DNA of 64,000 bases from an uncultured bacterium (lineage in GTDB: Bacteria; Krumholzibacteriota; Krumholzibacteriia; Krumholzibacteriales; Krumholzibacteriaceae). The number at the start of each line of letters is the position of its first letter. Position 1 is the stretch's first letter. The stretch lies in the NCBI GenBank assembly GCA_963813815.1, contig CAWFAD010000012.1, positions 96,001 to 160,000 on the forward strand, in the 5' to 3' direction. The notes beneath the pieces were generated by a model, which did not search any database, was not told the DNA's origin, and was given only the letters and a program-made list of their open reading frames with translations. Made by a program: the position numbers and the translations under genes. Shown piece after piece: positions 47,537 to 56,900 of the stretch.

Positions 47537-48811
47537 CTATCTGCGGATCACGCCGAGCCGCTTCAGAACGGCGTGCCCCGCGACCGATCCCTTCTCGTAG
47601 CCGTACCAGGCGTCGGCGATCCGCCCCTCGGAATCGATGATGTAGTTGAGCGGAACGGCGCTCTGCCCCTTGAGGGTCTGGTAGCGCCGGTAGTAGAGAT
47701 CCTTGACGGCCGCCGAAGTGTCCGCGGCGTTCGGAAAGGTGATCCGCCGCTCGTCGAGGTACTCGCGCGCCGCGGCGGAGGCGTCCGCGAAGTTCACACC
47801 CACGACGACGAATCCGTTCTTTGCGTGCTTTCCGTAGAGGCGGTCGAGCTCGGGGAGCTCCACGCGGCAGGGCGGGCACGCGAGACGCCAGAAGCAGAGC
47901 CATACGGTCTTGCCGCGCTGATCGAAGAGGTTGAATCGCGAGCCGTCGAGGAGCGTGACCGTAAAGTCCGGCGCCTCGCTCCCCGGCAAGAGCAGCCCGT
48001 CGACGAGACCCGGCAGGCGGTATTCGGTCCAGCCCGCCGGCGGCTTCCATGAAAACAGATCGTCCGCGAGCGGCGAGTTCACGGAAACCGCCCGCCAGTC
48101 CTCGCGCTTCACGATCTCCCGGCCGAGCCTCACGGTTTCCACGATGCGCCGGGGGAGGCGGTCGCACCGCGCGATCCAGAACACCCGGCTCCGGCGGCGC
48201 TCTTCGTACTCGGCGGCGACGACGTCGCAGACCTCGCCGTCGACCGCGGCGCTCCCCATGCCGCGCACCTCGACGAGAAACGGCTTCATCGGGTCCTGGA
48301 GGCCGTGAAAGACGCTCGGATCGAGGATCGGCGTCGACATGCCCGTCCCGAGATTGCTCGTTTCGCGGCCGATCGAATGCGAGCCCTCGCGCGCGCTCTT
48401 TCGCATGAACGAGTTCATGCCGCCGGAGGACGCCGCCGACGAATCGATCCCCTGAATGAGCGGTCTGCCCGTCGGCCACCAGATCCACATGTCGCGGCCG
48501 TCGACCACGATGATTCCCGTCCGCGAGAGGTCTCCGCTCCGCGACTCGAGGCGCCCGAAGTTCGGCTTTTTGAGGCGCAGCGCGTAGGTAGAACGTCCGA
48601 TCTCCCTCCCGTTCGACTCCCACACGCACTCGCTCTCGACGGAGAGGGTTTTCGCTCCGCGGATCGCCTCGTGCATTCCCTCGAAAATCGAGAGCGCGGC
48701 GGCGCCCTCGCGCCCCGTGCCTTTCGGGCCCGGCCCGCTCGCGAGCGGCGACGAGAGCGCTATCAGCGCGGCGGCGAGCGAGATCGCCGCCCTTCCGAGA
48801 ACAATCGTCAT
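47537..48811 (-). CDS. Secreted LolA-like domain + TlpA-like redoxin
   Basis: Signal peptide; KKPNFGRLE...IVVDGRDMW; GSEAPDFT, FWRLACPPCRVELP, VPLNYIIDSEGRI. Confidence 0.8.
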   Translation of the reverse strand: MTIVLGRAAISLAAALIALSSPLASGPGPKGTGREGAAALSIFEGMHEAIRGAKTLSVESECVWESNGREIGRSTYALRLKKPNFGRLESRSGDLSRTGIIVVDGRDMWIWWPTGRPLIQGIDSSAASSGGMNSFMRKSAREGSHSIGRETSNLGTGMSTPILDPSVFHGLQDPMKPFLVEVRGMGSAAVDGEVCDVVAAEYEERRRSRVFWIARCDRLPRRIVETVRLGREIVKREDWRAVSVNSPLADDLFSWKPPAGWTEYRLPGLVDGLLLPGSEAPDFTVTLLDGSRFNLFDQRGKTVWLCFWRLACPPCRVELPELDRLYGKHAKNGFVVVGVNFADASAAAREYLDERRITFPNAADTSAAVKDLYYRRYQTLKGQSAVPLNYIIDSEGRIADAWYGYEKGSVAGHAVLKRLGVIRR

Positions 48812-50964
48812 ACGAGCCCCCATGCCTTTCGTACGATCCACTCGGCCCCGAGCAGCGCCACAAGGCCGAGAAATCCGAACGCGCTTCCGCGCAGATCGCG
48901 TGCGCTCCGTATCTCCACGCTTTTTCCCGGGAGATTCCATACCGCGGCGGCCGAGTCGAGCGCGGAGCGCTCGACGCACGCCCCCTTCGTCTCCGCCGCC
49001 GTTCTCGCCAGCAATGCGCGGTCCGGGGATGTGTCGAGAAACTCGACCGAGAGCGGCTCGACGGAAAACTCCACCGGCCTCGACGCGCCGAGGGCTCCCG
49101 GCGGCGACTCGACGGCGACGGCGCTGTAGTCTCCGGGCGCGAGCCCGTCGAGCGCCGCCCGAAAGATGCCCGGACGCCGTGGATCGGGCTCGAAGAGGAA
49201 CGTCGCCTCGACGACCGGGGAATCGCCCGATGGGCGGCGCAGCTCGCCGCGAAGACCTTCCGGCGCCTCCCGCTCGCCGATCGAGGCGGTGAAGCGGATA
49301 CGATCCCCGCTTCGATAGAGAGCGCGATCGGCGTCGAGCGCTATCGGCGGCGATTTCGCGCCTTCGGCCAGATATTGAACGATGCCGCCGAGGAGCGATT
49401 CATAGGCGCGGGCTCCCTCGTTCCCGGCGAGCCTCCAGCGCCACAGGGGAAATCCGAGGACGGCGGCCGAGAGCCCCTTGCCCCGGCGGTCGATCACGAG
49501 AAGCGATCCCCCACCGGCCCCCTCGAGAGCGAGCGGAGATCGCGCCCCGGCGCTCGGCGCGAGACCGGCGATCCGCGCGGGAAAGGGCGGCAGCGCGGCG
49601 ATCGAACCGGCCGGGACGAGCGACGCGGCGGAGGGCTCGACGGCGGCCTCCTCCGGGGCCTTCACGAACCACTCCGCGTACTCGACCCGGATCGCTCCCG
49701 CGCGGCGGACGGGAAGCACCCGCTCGAGAAGCGCGAAGGAGGCCTCGCGCGCCATCGGCGACTCCTCCCCGGCGAGAAAGAGAACGCTTCCCCCCTCCTC
49801 CACGTATCGCTCGAGCGTCTCGACGTTTTTCCGTTCGCCGAAGAGCCCTCCGTCGTCCCCCACGATCACGAGATCATAGGGGGCGAGACCGCGGGAGGAG
49901 GCGGGGAACGTCCAGGACGCTCCTCCGGGATCGAGCACGAGGCTCGAGCCCGATATCCGGAGCGCGATGTCGGCGTCGAGGCGCTTCGAACGCCTCGCAA
50001 GATCCCGCAGAAACGCAGTGTTCCAGTCGGCGAGCTCGTCGATCGAGAGCACGCGAATCTTTTCCCCGCGAACGTCGAGCCGAATCGATTCGACGTTGTT
50101 GCCCGGATCGTCCCCGGCCCGCGCGGGGATCGCCTCGATCGTGAGACGGCGCGATCCCTCCCGTTCCGGGACATAGTCGAAGACGGCGCTCAGGTCCTCG
50201 GCTTCGAGCCGCGCCGCGAGCCGGACGATTCCTTTCGGCTCTCCGTCCTCGAGAAGGCGGGCTTCGATCGCGCTTCCGCGGCAGCCGGCCGTCCGGATGA
50301 CCGCCTCCACCCGGAGCGACGTGCCTCGATAGGCGATTCGGTCGGCGACGATCTCGGCGATCGATACCTCCACGCCCCGCGCGGTGTCGCCGTACCCGAC
50401 GGCGAAAACGGGCGCGCCCGAGGCTCCCGCGCGAGAGGCCATCCCTCGCGTCACGCGGCCGTCGCTGAGAAGCACGATGGAAGCGATGCCGCCCGGATGC
50501 CGCCGGCGCGCGGCCTCGAGAGCGCCTCCGATGTCGGTGCCGTCGCCATCCGGCGAAATGCTGTCGGACGATAGAGGGGATGAGGCGAGCGCCTCCGCGA
50601 AGGGCAGCACCTCCACCTCGGCTCCCCTCCTCTCGAGCGCGGCCCGCACGATCGACGCGTCCTCGAGCGCCGCCTCGATCCTGCTCCGTTCCCCTTCATC
50701 CCGGATCCCCATGCTGCGCGACCGGTCGATCAGCACGAGCACGAGCGGCCGCCGCCCTTCCGTGCGGGACGAGACGAAGGCAGGATTGACGACGAGAAGC
50801 GCGAGCATCAGGAAGCTCCCCGCGCGAAGCGCGCGGAGAAGCGCCCGCCGCGCGGGAGGAAGCGGAGGCGCCGTGCGACGATACGCCGCGAGGGAATAGA
50901 CGACGAGACCCGCGGCGAGAACCGCCGCCCAAACGTCGAACCTCATCGCAAAATCCAATTGCAT
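48808..50964 (-). CDS. Membrane-anchored vWA-domain protein with glutamine-amidotransferase-like region
   Basis: N-terminal TMs; MIDAS DRSRSM...TDIGGAL...LLSDG; YDLVIVGD...GGSVLF; C-terminal TM ending EWIVRKAWGLV. Confidence 0.8.
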   Translation of the reverse strand: MQLDFAMRFDVWAAVLAAGLVVYSLAAYRRTAPPLPPARRALLRALRAGSFLMLALLVVNPAFVSSRTEGRRPLVLVLIDRSRSMGIRDEGERSRIEAALEDASIVRAALERRGAEVEVLPFAEALASSPLSSDSISPDGDGTDIGGALEAARRRHPGGIASIVLLSDGRVTRGMASRAGASGAPVFAVGYGDTARGVEVSIAEIVADRIAYRGTSLRVEAVIRTAGCRGSAIEARLLEDGEPKGIVRLAARLEAEDLSAVFDYVPEREGSRRLTIEAIPARAGDDPGNNVESIRLDVRGEKIRVLSIDELADWNTAFLRDLARRSKRLDADIALRISGSSLVLDPGGASWTFPASSRGLAPYDLVIVGDDGGLFGERKNVETLERYVEEGGSVLFLAGEESPMAREASFALLERVLPVRRAGAIRVEYAEWFVKAPEEAAVEPSAASLVPAGSIAALPPFPARIAGLAPSAGARSPLALEGAGGGSLLVIDRRGKGLSAAVLGFPLWRWRLAGNEGARAYESLLGGIVQYLAEGAKSPPIALDADRALYRSGDRIRFTASIGEREAPEGLRGELRRPSGDSPVVEATFLFEPDPRRPGIFRAALDGLAPGDYSAVAVESPPGALGASRPVEFSVEPLSVEFLDTSPDRALLARTAAETKGACVERSALDSAAAVWNLPGKSVEIRSARDLRGSAFGFLGLVALLGAEWIVRKAWGLV

Positions 50965-51096
50965 AGCATGCGTTCCCTCGCGACCGCGCGACGGAGCCCC
51001 ATGCTACCAGAAACGCCGCGCCGCGGAAAAGAAAAAGCGCTCGGCGCGAAGGCGCCGGCGCTCATGATGCGATGCGATGAAGCGCGGAACGCGGAT

Positions 51097-51534
51097 CTAG
51101 CCGTTCTTCGTCCCGTGCGTGCTGCCGACCTTGGCGTCCGCCGGGCTCCCCGATTTATCGGAGCCGGCGTCGCCGGCGGCCTTGCCGAAGGCCTTGACCG
51201 CTTCCGCAACGGTGTCGAAGCTCTGGAGGATCGTCTGGAACTCGAGCAGCTCGAAAACCTCGTACACGTCGGCGACCATGGAAGCGAGCTTGAGATCGCC
51301 TCCGTTTTCACGGATCGATTTGATCTCGCTGATAAAGATGCCCCAGCCGGCCGACGATATGTAGTTCACGCCCGCGAGGTCGATGACGATGTTGAAGCGG
51401 TTCTTCTTGAGCAGTCTCTTGAGACTCTCCTCGAGCTCCGCCGACGTCGTGGTATCCACGAACCCCTGCACGGAAAGAACCGACACGTCCGGGTTTTCCT
51501 CGGGCTTCGAGAACGATACGTTGATCCCTTCCAT
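51097..51534 (-). CDS. STAS-domain anti-sigma factor antagonist
   Basis: GFVDTTTS, DLAGVNYISSAGWGIF, VYEVFELL. Confidence 0.9.
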   Translation of the reverse strand: MEGINVSFSKPEENPDVSVLSVQGFVDTTTSAELEESLKRLLKKNRFNIVIDLAGVNYISSAGWGIFISEIKSIRENGGDLKLASMVADVYEVFELLEFQTILQSFDTVAEAVKAFGKAAGDAGSDKSGSPADAKVGSTHGTKNG

Positions 51535-51559
51535 GGCAACCTCGCTCCTTCTTCCAGCG

Positions 51560-51928
51560 CTATGATGCTTTCGTGTTTTGAGACGCCGCGAACGCGGCGA
51601 TTGCTTCCTCGCGCGTTCCGTAGGGCCGAAGCAGCGTGCTGAACTCGAGGAGCTCGAAAACCTCTCTCACGTCCGGATGCATGGCCGTGAGCTTGATGTC
51701 TCCCCCCCGCTGGCGTATCCCCTTGATCTCGCCCACGAAAATCCCCCAGCCCGCGGAGCTGATGTAATTCACCTCGCTGAGATCGGCGACAATGCGAACG
51801 GTGTTCGACGCGACGAGCTCGTTGAACGTATCCTCGAGAAACTGCGCCGTGCCCGAATCGATGATGCCACCGAGCTTCAGGACGACGACGTTCTCCACGT
51901 ACTCTTCGCTAATAACGAGCTTGTCCAT
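51560..51928 (-). CDS. STAS-domain anti-sigma factor antagonist
   Basis: GIIDSGTA, DLSEVNYISSAGWGIF, VREVFELL. Confidence 0.9.
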   Translation of the reverse strand: MDKLVISEEYVENVVVLKLGGIIDSGTAQFLEDTFNELVASNTVRIVADLSEVNYISSAGWGIFVGEIKGIRQRGGDIKLTAMHPDVREVFELLEFSTLLRPYGTREEAIAAFAASQNTKAS

Positions 51929-51973
51929 TATCTGGCCAGTCCTCTCCTCTGCCCCACCCTGAATTAGCAAACT

Positions 51974-53092
51974 TCAGTCCAATAATGCCTTTAAAAGGAT
52001 AAATATTCCCTGCTTGTCGTTCTCGGACAACCGCAGGTTTTTCTGCGCCTTCTGGTAATTCCCGTTGATTTCGAGCGCCTTTTGAAAGGCCTTGTTGGCC
52101 CTGTCCATGAATATCTTGCATTTTGCGGTATAGAGGATGCCGAGGCTGTTGTGCCCGTCGGCGAAGGTCGGGTTCTGGTCGACGATCTGGCGCACGCTCT
52201 CGAGATGCCCCTCGATATCCTCCTCGCGTAGATTTTCGCCGTCGTACAGAAGCATCAGGTAGAGGTCGAGCACGATGTCCTCGATCCCGCCCCGCTCGGA
52301 GCGGCCACCGGCGCTCTCGAGGGCCTCGTACGCGAGCTCGTACTCCTTGCCCCGAAACAGGCTTCTCGCCTCCTCGACGCGGTTGGAGGCGAGGTACGGA
52401 TCGAGCTGCACGGCCCGGTCGAGATTGCCGAGAAACGCCGTATCGAGATCGCGCGCGAGCTCGTAATCCTCCTTGATGATCGTGTTGAGGAGAAAGGCAC
52501 GTGCGAGGTTGAGGTAGGGCTCGCCGTAGTAGAGATTGAGCCCGATGGCCCGGTTGAAGCAATCAATCGCGGCGCGGCATCGGCGCTGTTTGAGGTGTAT
52601 CACGCCGAGCAGGTTGTGCAGATCGGGGTACTCGGGATTGATCGCGAGGCCGTTTTCCACGGCCTTTATGGCCGCGTCGAATTTTCCGGCCTCGAAGCTG
52701 CACGAACCGATGATCAAATGAGGAAGGGAATCCTTGTTTCCCTTTTCGATCGCATGCCGCGCCTCCTGGATCGCCTCGTCCAAGAGATGGCGCCTCGCGA
52801 GCGCCTGCGCCACGCGCAGATGCGGCTTCGGATCGTCGCTCTGGCGCACGCGGTCGGTCACGCCGAGCAGAATGAGGAAGCGCCGCTTGTTCTCGAGATG
52901 CGCCTCCTTCGTGGCCCGGCGCAGGGCTTCCGCGGGCGCCTTGCCGTCGATGGCGACGTCCGTCGTATCGAAGGGAACGCCGTTCCTGAAGAACGAGCTC
53001 TGAATGATCCCCTTTTGAGGAAGCATGCTCGTCTGCAGAAAATACTTCCGCCCGGCGTGATCGATTTCCTCTCTCAGCTCGAACCCCGTCAC
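51974..53092 (-). CDS. Cytoplasmic TPR protein with an uncharacterised N-terminal domain
   Basis: NPEYPDLHNLLG, NPTFADGHNSLG, AFQKALEINGNYQKAQKNL. Confidence 0.88.
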   Translation of the reverse strand: MTGFELREEIDHAGRKYFLQTSMLPQKGIIQSSFFRNGVPFDTTDVAIDGKAPAEALRRATKEAHLENKRRFLILLGVTDRVRQSDDPKPHLRVAQALARRHLLDEAIQEARHAIEKGNKDSLPHLIIGSCSFEAGKFDAAIKAVENGLAINPEYPDLHNLLGVIHLKQRRCRAAIDCFNRAIGLNLYYGEPYLNLARAFLLNTIIKEDYELARDLDTAFLGNLDRAVQLDPYLASNRVEEARSLFRGKEYELAYEALESAGGRSERGGIEDIVLDLYLMLLYDGENLREEDIEGHLESVRQIVDQNPTFADGHNSLGILYTAKCKIFMDRANKAFQKALEINGNYQKAQKNLRLSENDKQGIFILLKALLD

Positions 53093-53119
53093 CGGATCTC
53101 CTTCCGTGCCGCCCGGATC

Positions 53120-53128
53120 ATGCTAGCA
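53120..53128 (-). promoter_or_regulatory. Possible internal extended -10 promoter before TPR-STAS-STAS
   Basis: TGCTAGCAT (TGn + TAGCAT) in the 58-nt gap, followed by a GGAAGGAG SD. Confidence 0.35.
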
Positions 53129-53150
53129 CGGTCCGTGCGCCCGCGCCAGC

Positions 53151-53927
53151 TTACCCTTCCCTCTCCCCGCCGGCGCAGCGTGCGCCGGCGCGATCGAGGC
53201 CGAGGATCTCCTCGGTGAGATGGTAATAATCGAACGCTCCGCGCGAAAGCGGCGCGTGTTCGAATATCGTCTTCTGCCGCCCCGGGGCCTCCCGGATCGC
53301 CTGATTCGCCCTGATGACCGTTTTGAGGAGCCGGCCTCCGAAGCGCTCGCGAAGGCTCTCGAGCATGCTGTGCGCGAGCCGGGTGCGCGAATCGTAGAAC
53401 GTCGGCAGCAGCCGAATCGCAATCGGTCCGCGGCCGTTCCACGCCTGGATTTCCTCGACGATCTCGGCCGTCTGCACCGCGCCCGCCTCCGCCAGATAAT
53501 CCATCGAGACGGGGATGATCACCTCGTCGCAATAGGCCAGCGCGTTGATGTTGATGAGGTTCAACGACGGCGAGCAATCGCAGATCACGTAATCGCACCC
53601 CTTGAGCTGTTTCAGCGACTCGGAGAGGCGCTGCTCGCGGTTGACGCGCGAGCCGAGCGTGAGCTCGACCTCCGCGAGGCGCCGGCCGCCCGAATCGATG
53701 AAGAAGAGATTGTCGCGCACCTGGAGAATCTCGACTTCTCCCGAGGTCAGAAGGTCCGCCAGCCCGCGCTCCCCGCGGACGCCGAGGCTGAGGGCCACGC
53801 TCCGCTGCGGATCGCAATCGATGAGGAGCACCCGCTTCCCCGTGAGCGAGAGACCGTGCGACAGGCACAGCGCGGTCGTCGTCTTGCCGGTTCCGCCCTT
53901 CATGGTCATCACAGCGTACTTTTTCAT
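53151..53927 (-). CDS. ParA/Soj-family ATPase (orphan)
   Basis: KGGTGKTT deviant Walker A, IDCDPQ, CDCSPS, PTFYDSRT, IREAP. Confidence 0.92.
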   Translation of the reverse strand: MKKYAVMTMKGGTGKTTTALCLSHGLSLTGKRVLLIDCDPQRSVALSLGVRGERGLADLLTSGEVEILQVRDNLFFIDSGGRRLAEVELTLGSRVNREQRLSESLKQLKGCDYVICDCSPSLNLININALAYCDEVIIPVSMDYLAEAGAVQTAEIVEEIQAWNGRGPIAIRLLPTFYDSRTRLAHSMLESLRERFGGRLLKTVIRANQAIREAPGRQKTIFEHAPLSRGAFDYYHLTEEILGLDRAGARCAGGEREG

Positions 53928-53949
53928 GCCGCAGCCCAAACGCGCCCTT

Positions 53950-56900
53950 CTACTTCTTGCCCCGCGGCTTGCGATCCGAGTTGCGCAGCCGTTTGCCGTA
54001 TTCGTCCCAGCCTATCCGCGTGATGCGCTTGTCTTTGTCTTCGCGGACGTCCGTTCGCTTCTTGAAATCGATGAAAATCACTTTCTCCGGATCCGCGACC
54101 CGCTCGAGCGGTTCGAGCGGAGCGATCTTCGAGGCGCCCAGAAGCGCGTCCGCGAGATCCTGCTTCCGGTCCTCGGGCTCGGGGGCGGGCGCTCCCGCGG
54201 GCGCTCCGGGACCGGGCGCCGCCTCGGGCGGCGCGAAATCCGCGGCGCCTTTCGCCGGCGCCAGCTCCGCGAGCGCCATTTCGAGCGTTCCGTAATGCGG
54301 AATGAGCGGCTCGAAACCGAGATCGCGGAATATATTGAGAATGCTCGAGCTCATGCCGGCGATGGCGATGCGCCCGCCGGTTTCGCCGAGCTTCTGAAGA
54401 TACCTGATGATGATGCCCCATCCCCCGCTCGATATGTACACCATGCGTTCGACGTCCAGAATGAGATTGAGCGGCCGCTCATCCGCGCGCCGCGAGAGCT
54501 CCGCCTCGAACGCTTCGGCCGTCGAGGAATCGACGGCGCCGTCGATCGTCACCACGACGGTCCCTCCGACCGCGCGGGCGTCGCCTGCGGAAGCGATCGC
54601 GAGCGGCGTCCCGGCGCCCTCGGTCCGCTCCGCGCGGGGAGCCGCGGCGGCCTCGTCCGGAGGCTCCTCGTCGAGGATCTCCCCATCCGCGAGCGTCGGC
54701 GCCTCGTTCTTGAAATCCTCTATCGCCTCGGCCAGAACGCCGAAGGAGCGCATGATCGAGTCGAACCCGAGCAAGCTATAGATGCCGTCGACTTCCTGAT
54801 CCATGCCGAAGATCTTGAGATCGCCGCCCCGCAGTCTGATGTCCTTGATGCGCGAGGCGAACACTCCCCAGCCGCTCGAGCTCACGTACTCGACGCGCGA
54901 CATATCGATGACGATCTTCACCGCGCCGCGGTCGACGAGCCCGTCCAGAACGGAGCGGAGGTTCACGCAGCTCACCGTGTCCACGACCCCGTCGAGGTAC
55001 AACACGGTGATTTCCCCCTGATCTCCGACCGTCCCCGCCTCGATCTTGAGGGCGGCCCACGACGAATCCGTCTCCGGGACCTCTCCGGGCCCCGACGCGC
55101 CGGAAGCCGCCGTGGACTGGCGCGTTTCGAGCGTTCTGAGCGGGGCCGGGCGGGCCGATTCCCTCTCGAGTCGGCTCCGCCGCTCCGCGAGCGGGAGCGA
55201 GATATAAGCCGCCGCTTCATCGACCGTCGCGAACTGGAGGATGATCTCCTGGAAGCCGAGGAGCTCGTAGATGTCGTACACCTCCGGCGACATGCTGGCG
55301 AGCACCACGTCCCCCTCTCCCTCGCGAAGCGATTTGACCCGCCCCGTGAAGATTCCCCAACCGCCGCTCGATATGTACATCACCCCGGCGAGATCGACGA
55401 TGATCTTGCGGTATCCGTACTCGTGCACGCTTTCGAGAATTCCCTCGAGCTCTCCCGCCGACGAGGAATCGAGGTGGCCGGCCACGTGCAGCACCACCAC
55501 GTCCCCCGCGAGCTCCTCCGATGTGACCTCGATCGCCCGTCCTTGGCCGGTCCCGAACGACTCGCGGGCGCCCCGCCGGCGCAGCGGCGGCGCGCTCTCG
55601 CGACGGAGGGACGGCGCCGCAGCGGCCGGACGAGCTTCGGGAACGCTCGCCGGCGCCGCTTCCTCCGGGGCGGCTTCCGCGGGGGCCTGCGGCGCCCCGG
55701 CTGCCTCGGCGGCCGCCTCGGCCGGACGGCCGTGCGCGGCGACGAGCTTCTTGAACTCCTCGTCGGAAATGAACCGGTTGCGGCGCAGATACTCGAGCCG
55801 CATTTCGTAGGTGTTGAGCCGGATGCGCTTGAGCTCGTCGTAAACGATGGCGGGCGAGAGCAGGTCGCCCTCCGCCTTTCCCTCGTTGAACGCCGCGGTG
55901 ATCTTCTTCGCGCCGTAGCGGGGATGGTCGCGAATGATCCCGAGAAGCCCCTTCCGCTGCTCGATGCTCACGCGCCGGATATCGACCTCGCGTCGCAGCG
56001 TCTTGTCCTGCAGCCCCCGCTCCCCGAGCTCCTCGAGGCGCTTCTTGTATCGATAGTAGGTCGACGGCGACACCCGCATCATCCGGCAGGCCTCGGCGAC
56101 CGCCACCCCCTGCACCTCGACGAGATCGAGGAGCTTCCGCCGGATGCCGTAGAGCACCTCGTCCGCCTGGAGCTTCTCCTTGATTGCGACCACGGTGATG
56201 TCGTCGTTCTGCGGCTGATCGCCGGTAAAGCTCTTGATGTCGTCGTTGAGGCGATCGATGAACTCCTGCGGGGCGAGACGTCCGCACTGCTTGATGAGCC
56301 TGATGAGACGCTCCTCGCCGTATTGGTTGCGAGCGCCGTTCATCGCCTCCGTCACGCCGTCCGTATAGATGACGAGCATGTCGTCCTTCTTGAGCTTGAT
56401 CTTCTCGACGTCGATCGAGCGGCGGAAGAGCGTGTCGTCGGGCAGCTTGATGCCGACCGGAAATCCTCGCGGGTTGAGAAAATACGTCTCGTCCGTCTCG
56501 GCGCGGTAGAGGATCATCGGATTGTGGCCGGCCGAGGCGTAGCTGATGATGCGGTTTTTCGAATCGAGGATCGAGTAGAAGATCGTAACGAACATGCCTT
56601 TTTTCATGTCTTCCGTCACGAAATCGTTCATGCGCGCCATGACCTCGGCGGCCGAGTGGTTGCCCCGCGCCTCCATGCGCAGAGCCGTCCGGATCATCGT
56701 CATAACGAGCGAGCCGGGCACTCCCTTGCCGGAAACGTCCGCGACGACCACCCCGAGCGTGTCGTCGTCGACCCGCACGAAGTCGTAGTAATCGCCGCCG
56801 ACCTCCTTGGCGGCCCGGTAGAGGCTCGCGATGTCGTAGCCGCCGATCGTGGGGACGCGCTTCGGGAGCAGCGTCTGCTGGATTTCCTGCGCGACCTGCA

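Noticed and set aside
55770..56140. An intact IS element inside the signalling gene
   Set aside because: No DDE domain, terminal inverted repeats or target duplication are visible, and the frame is preserved. It is reported only as an embedded HTH.
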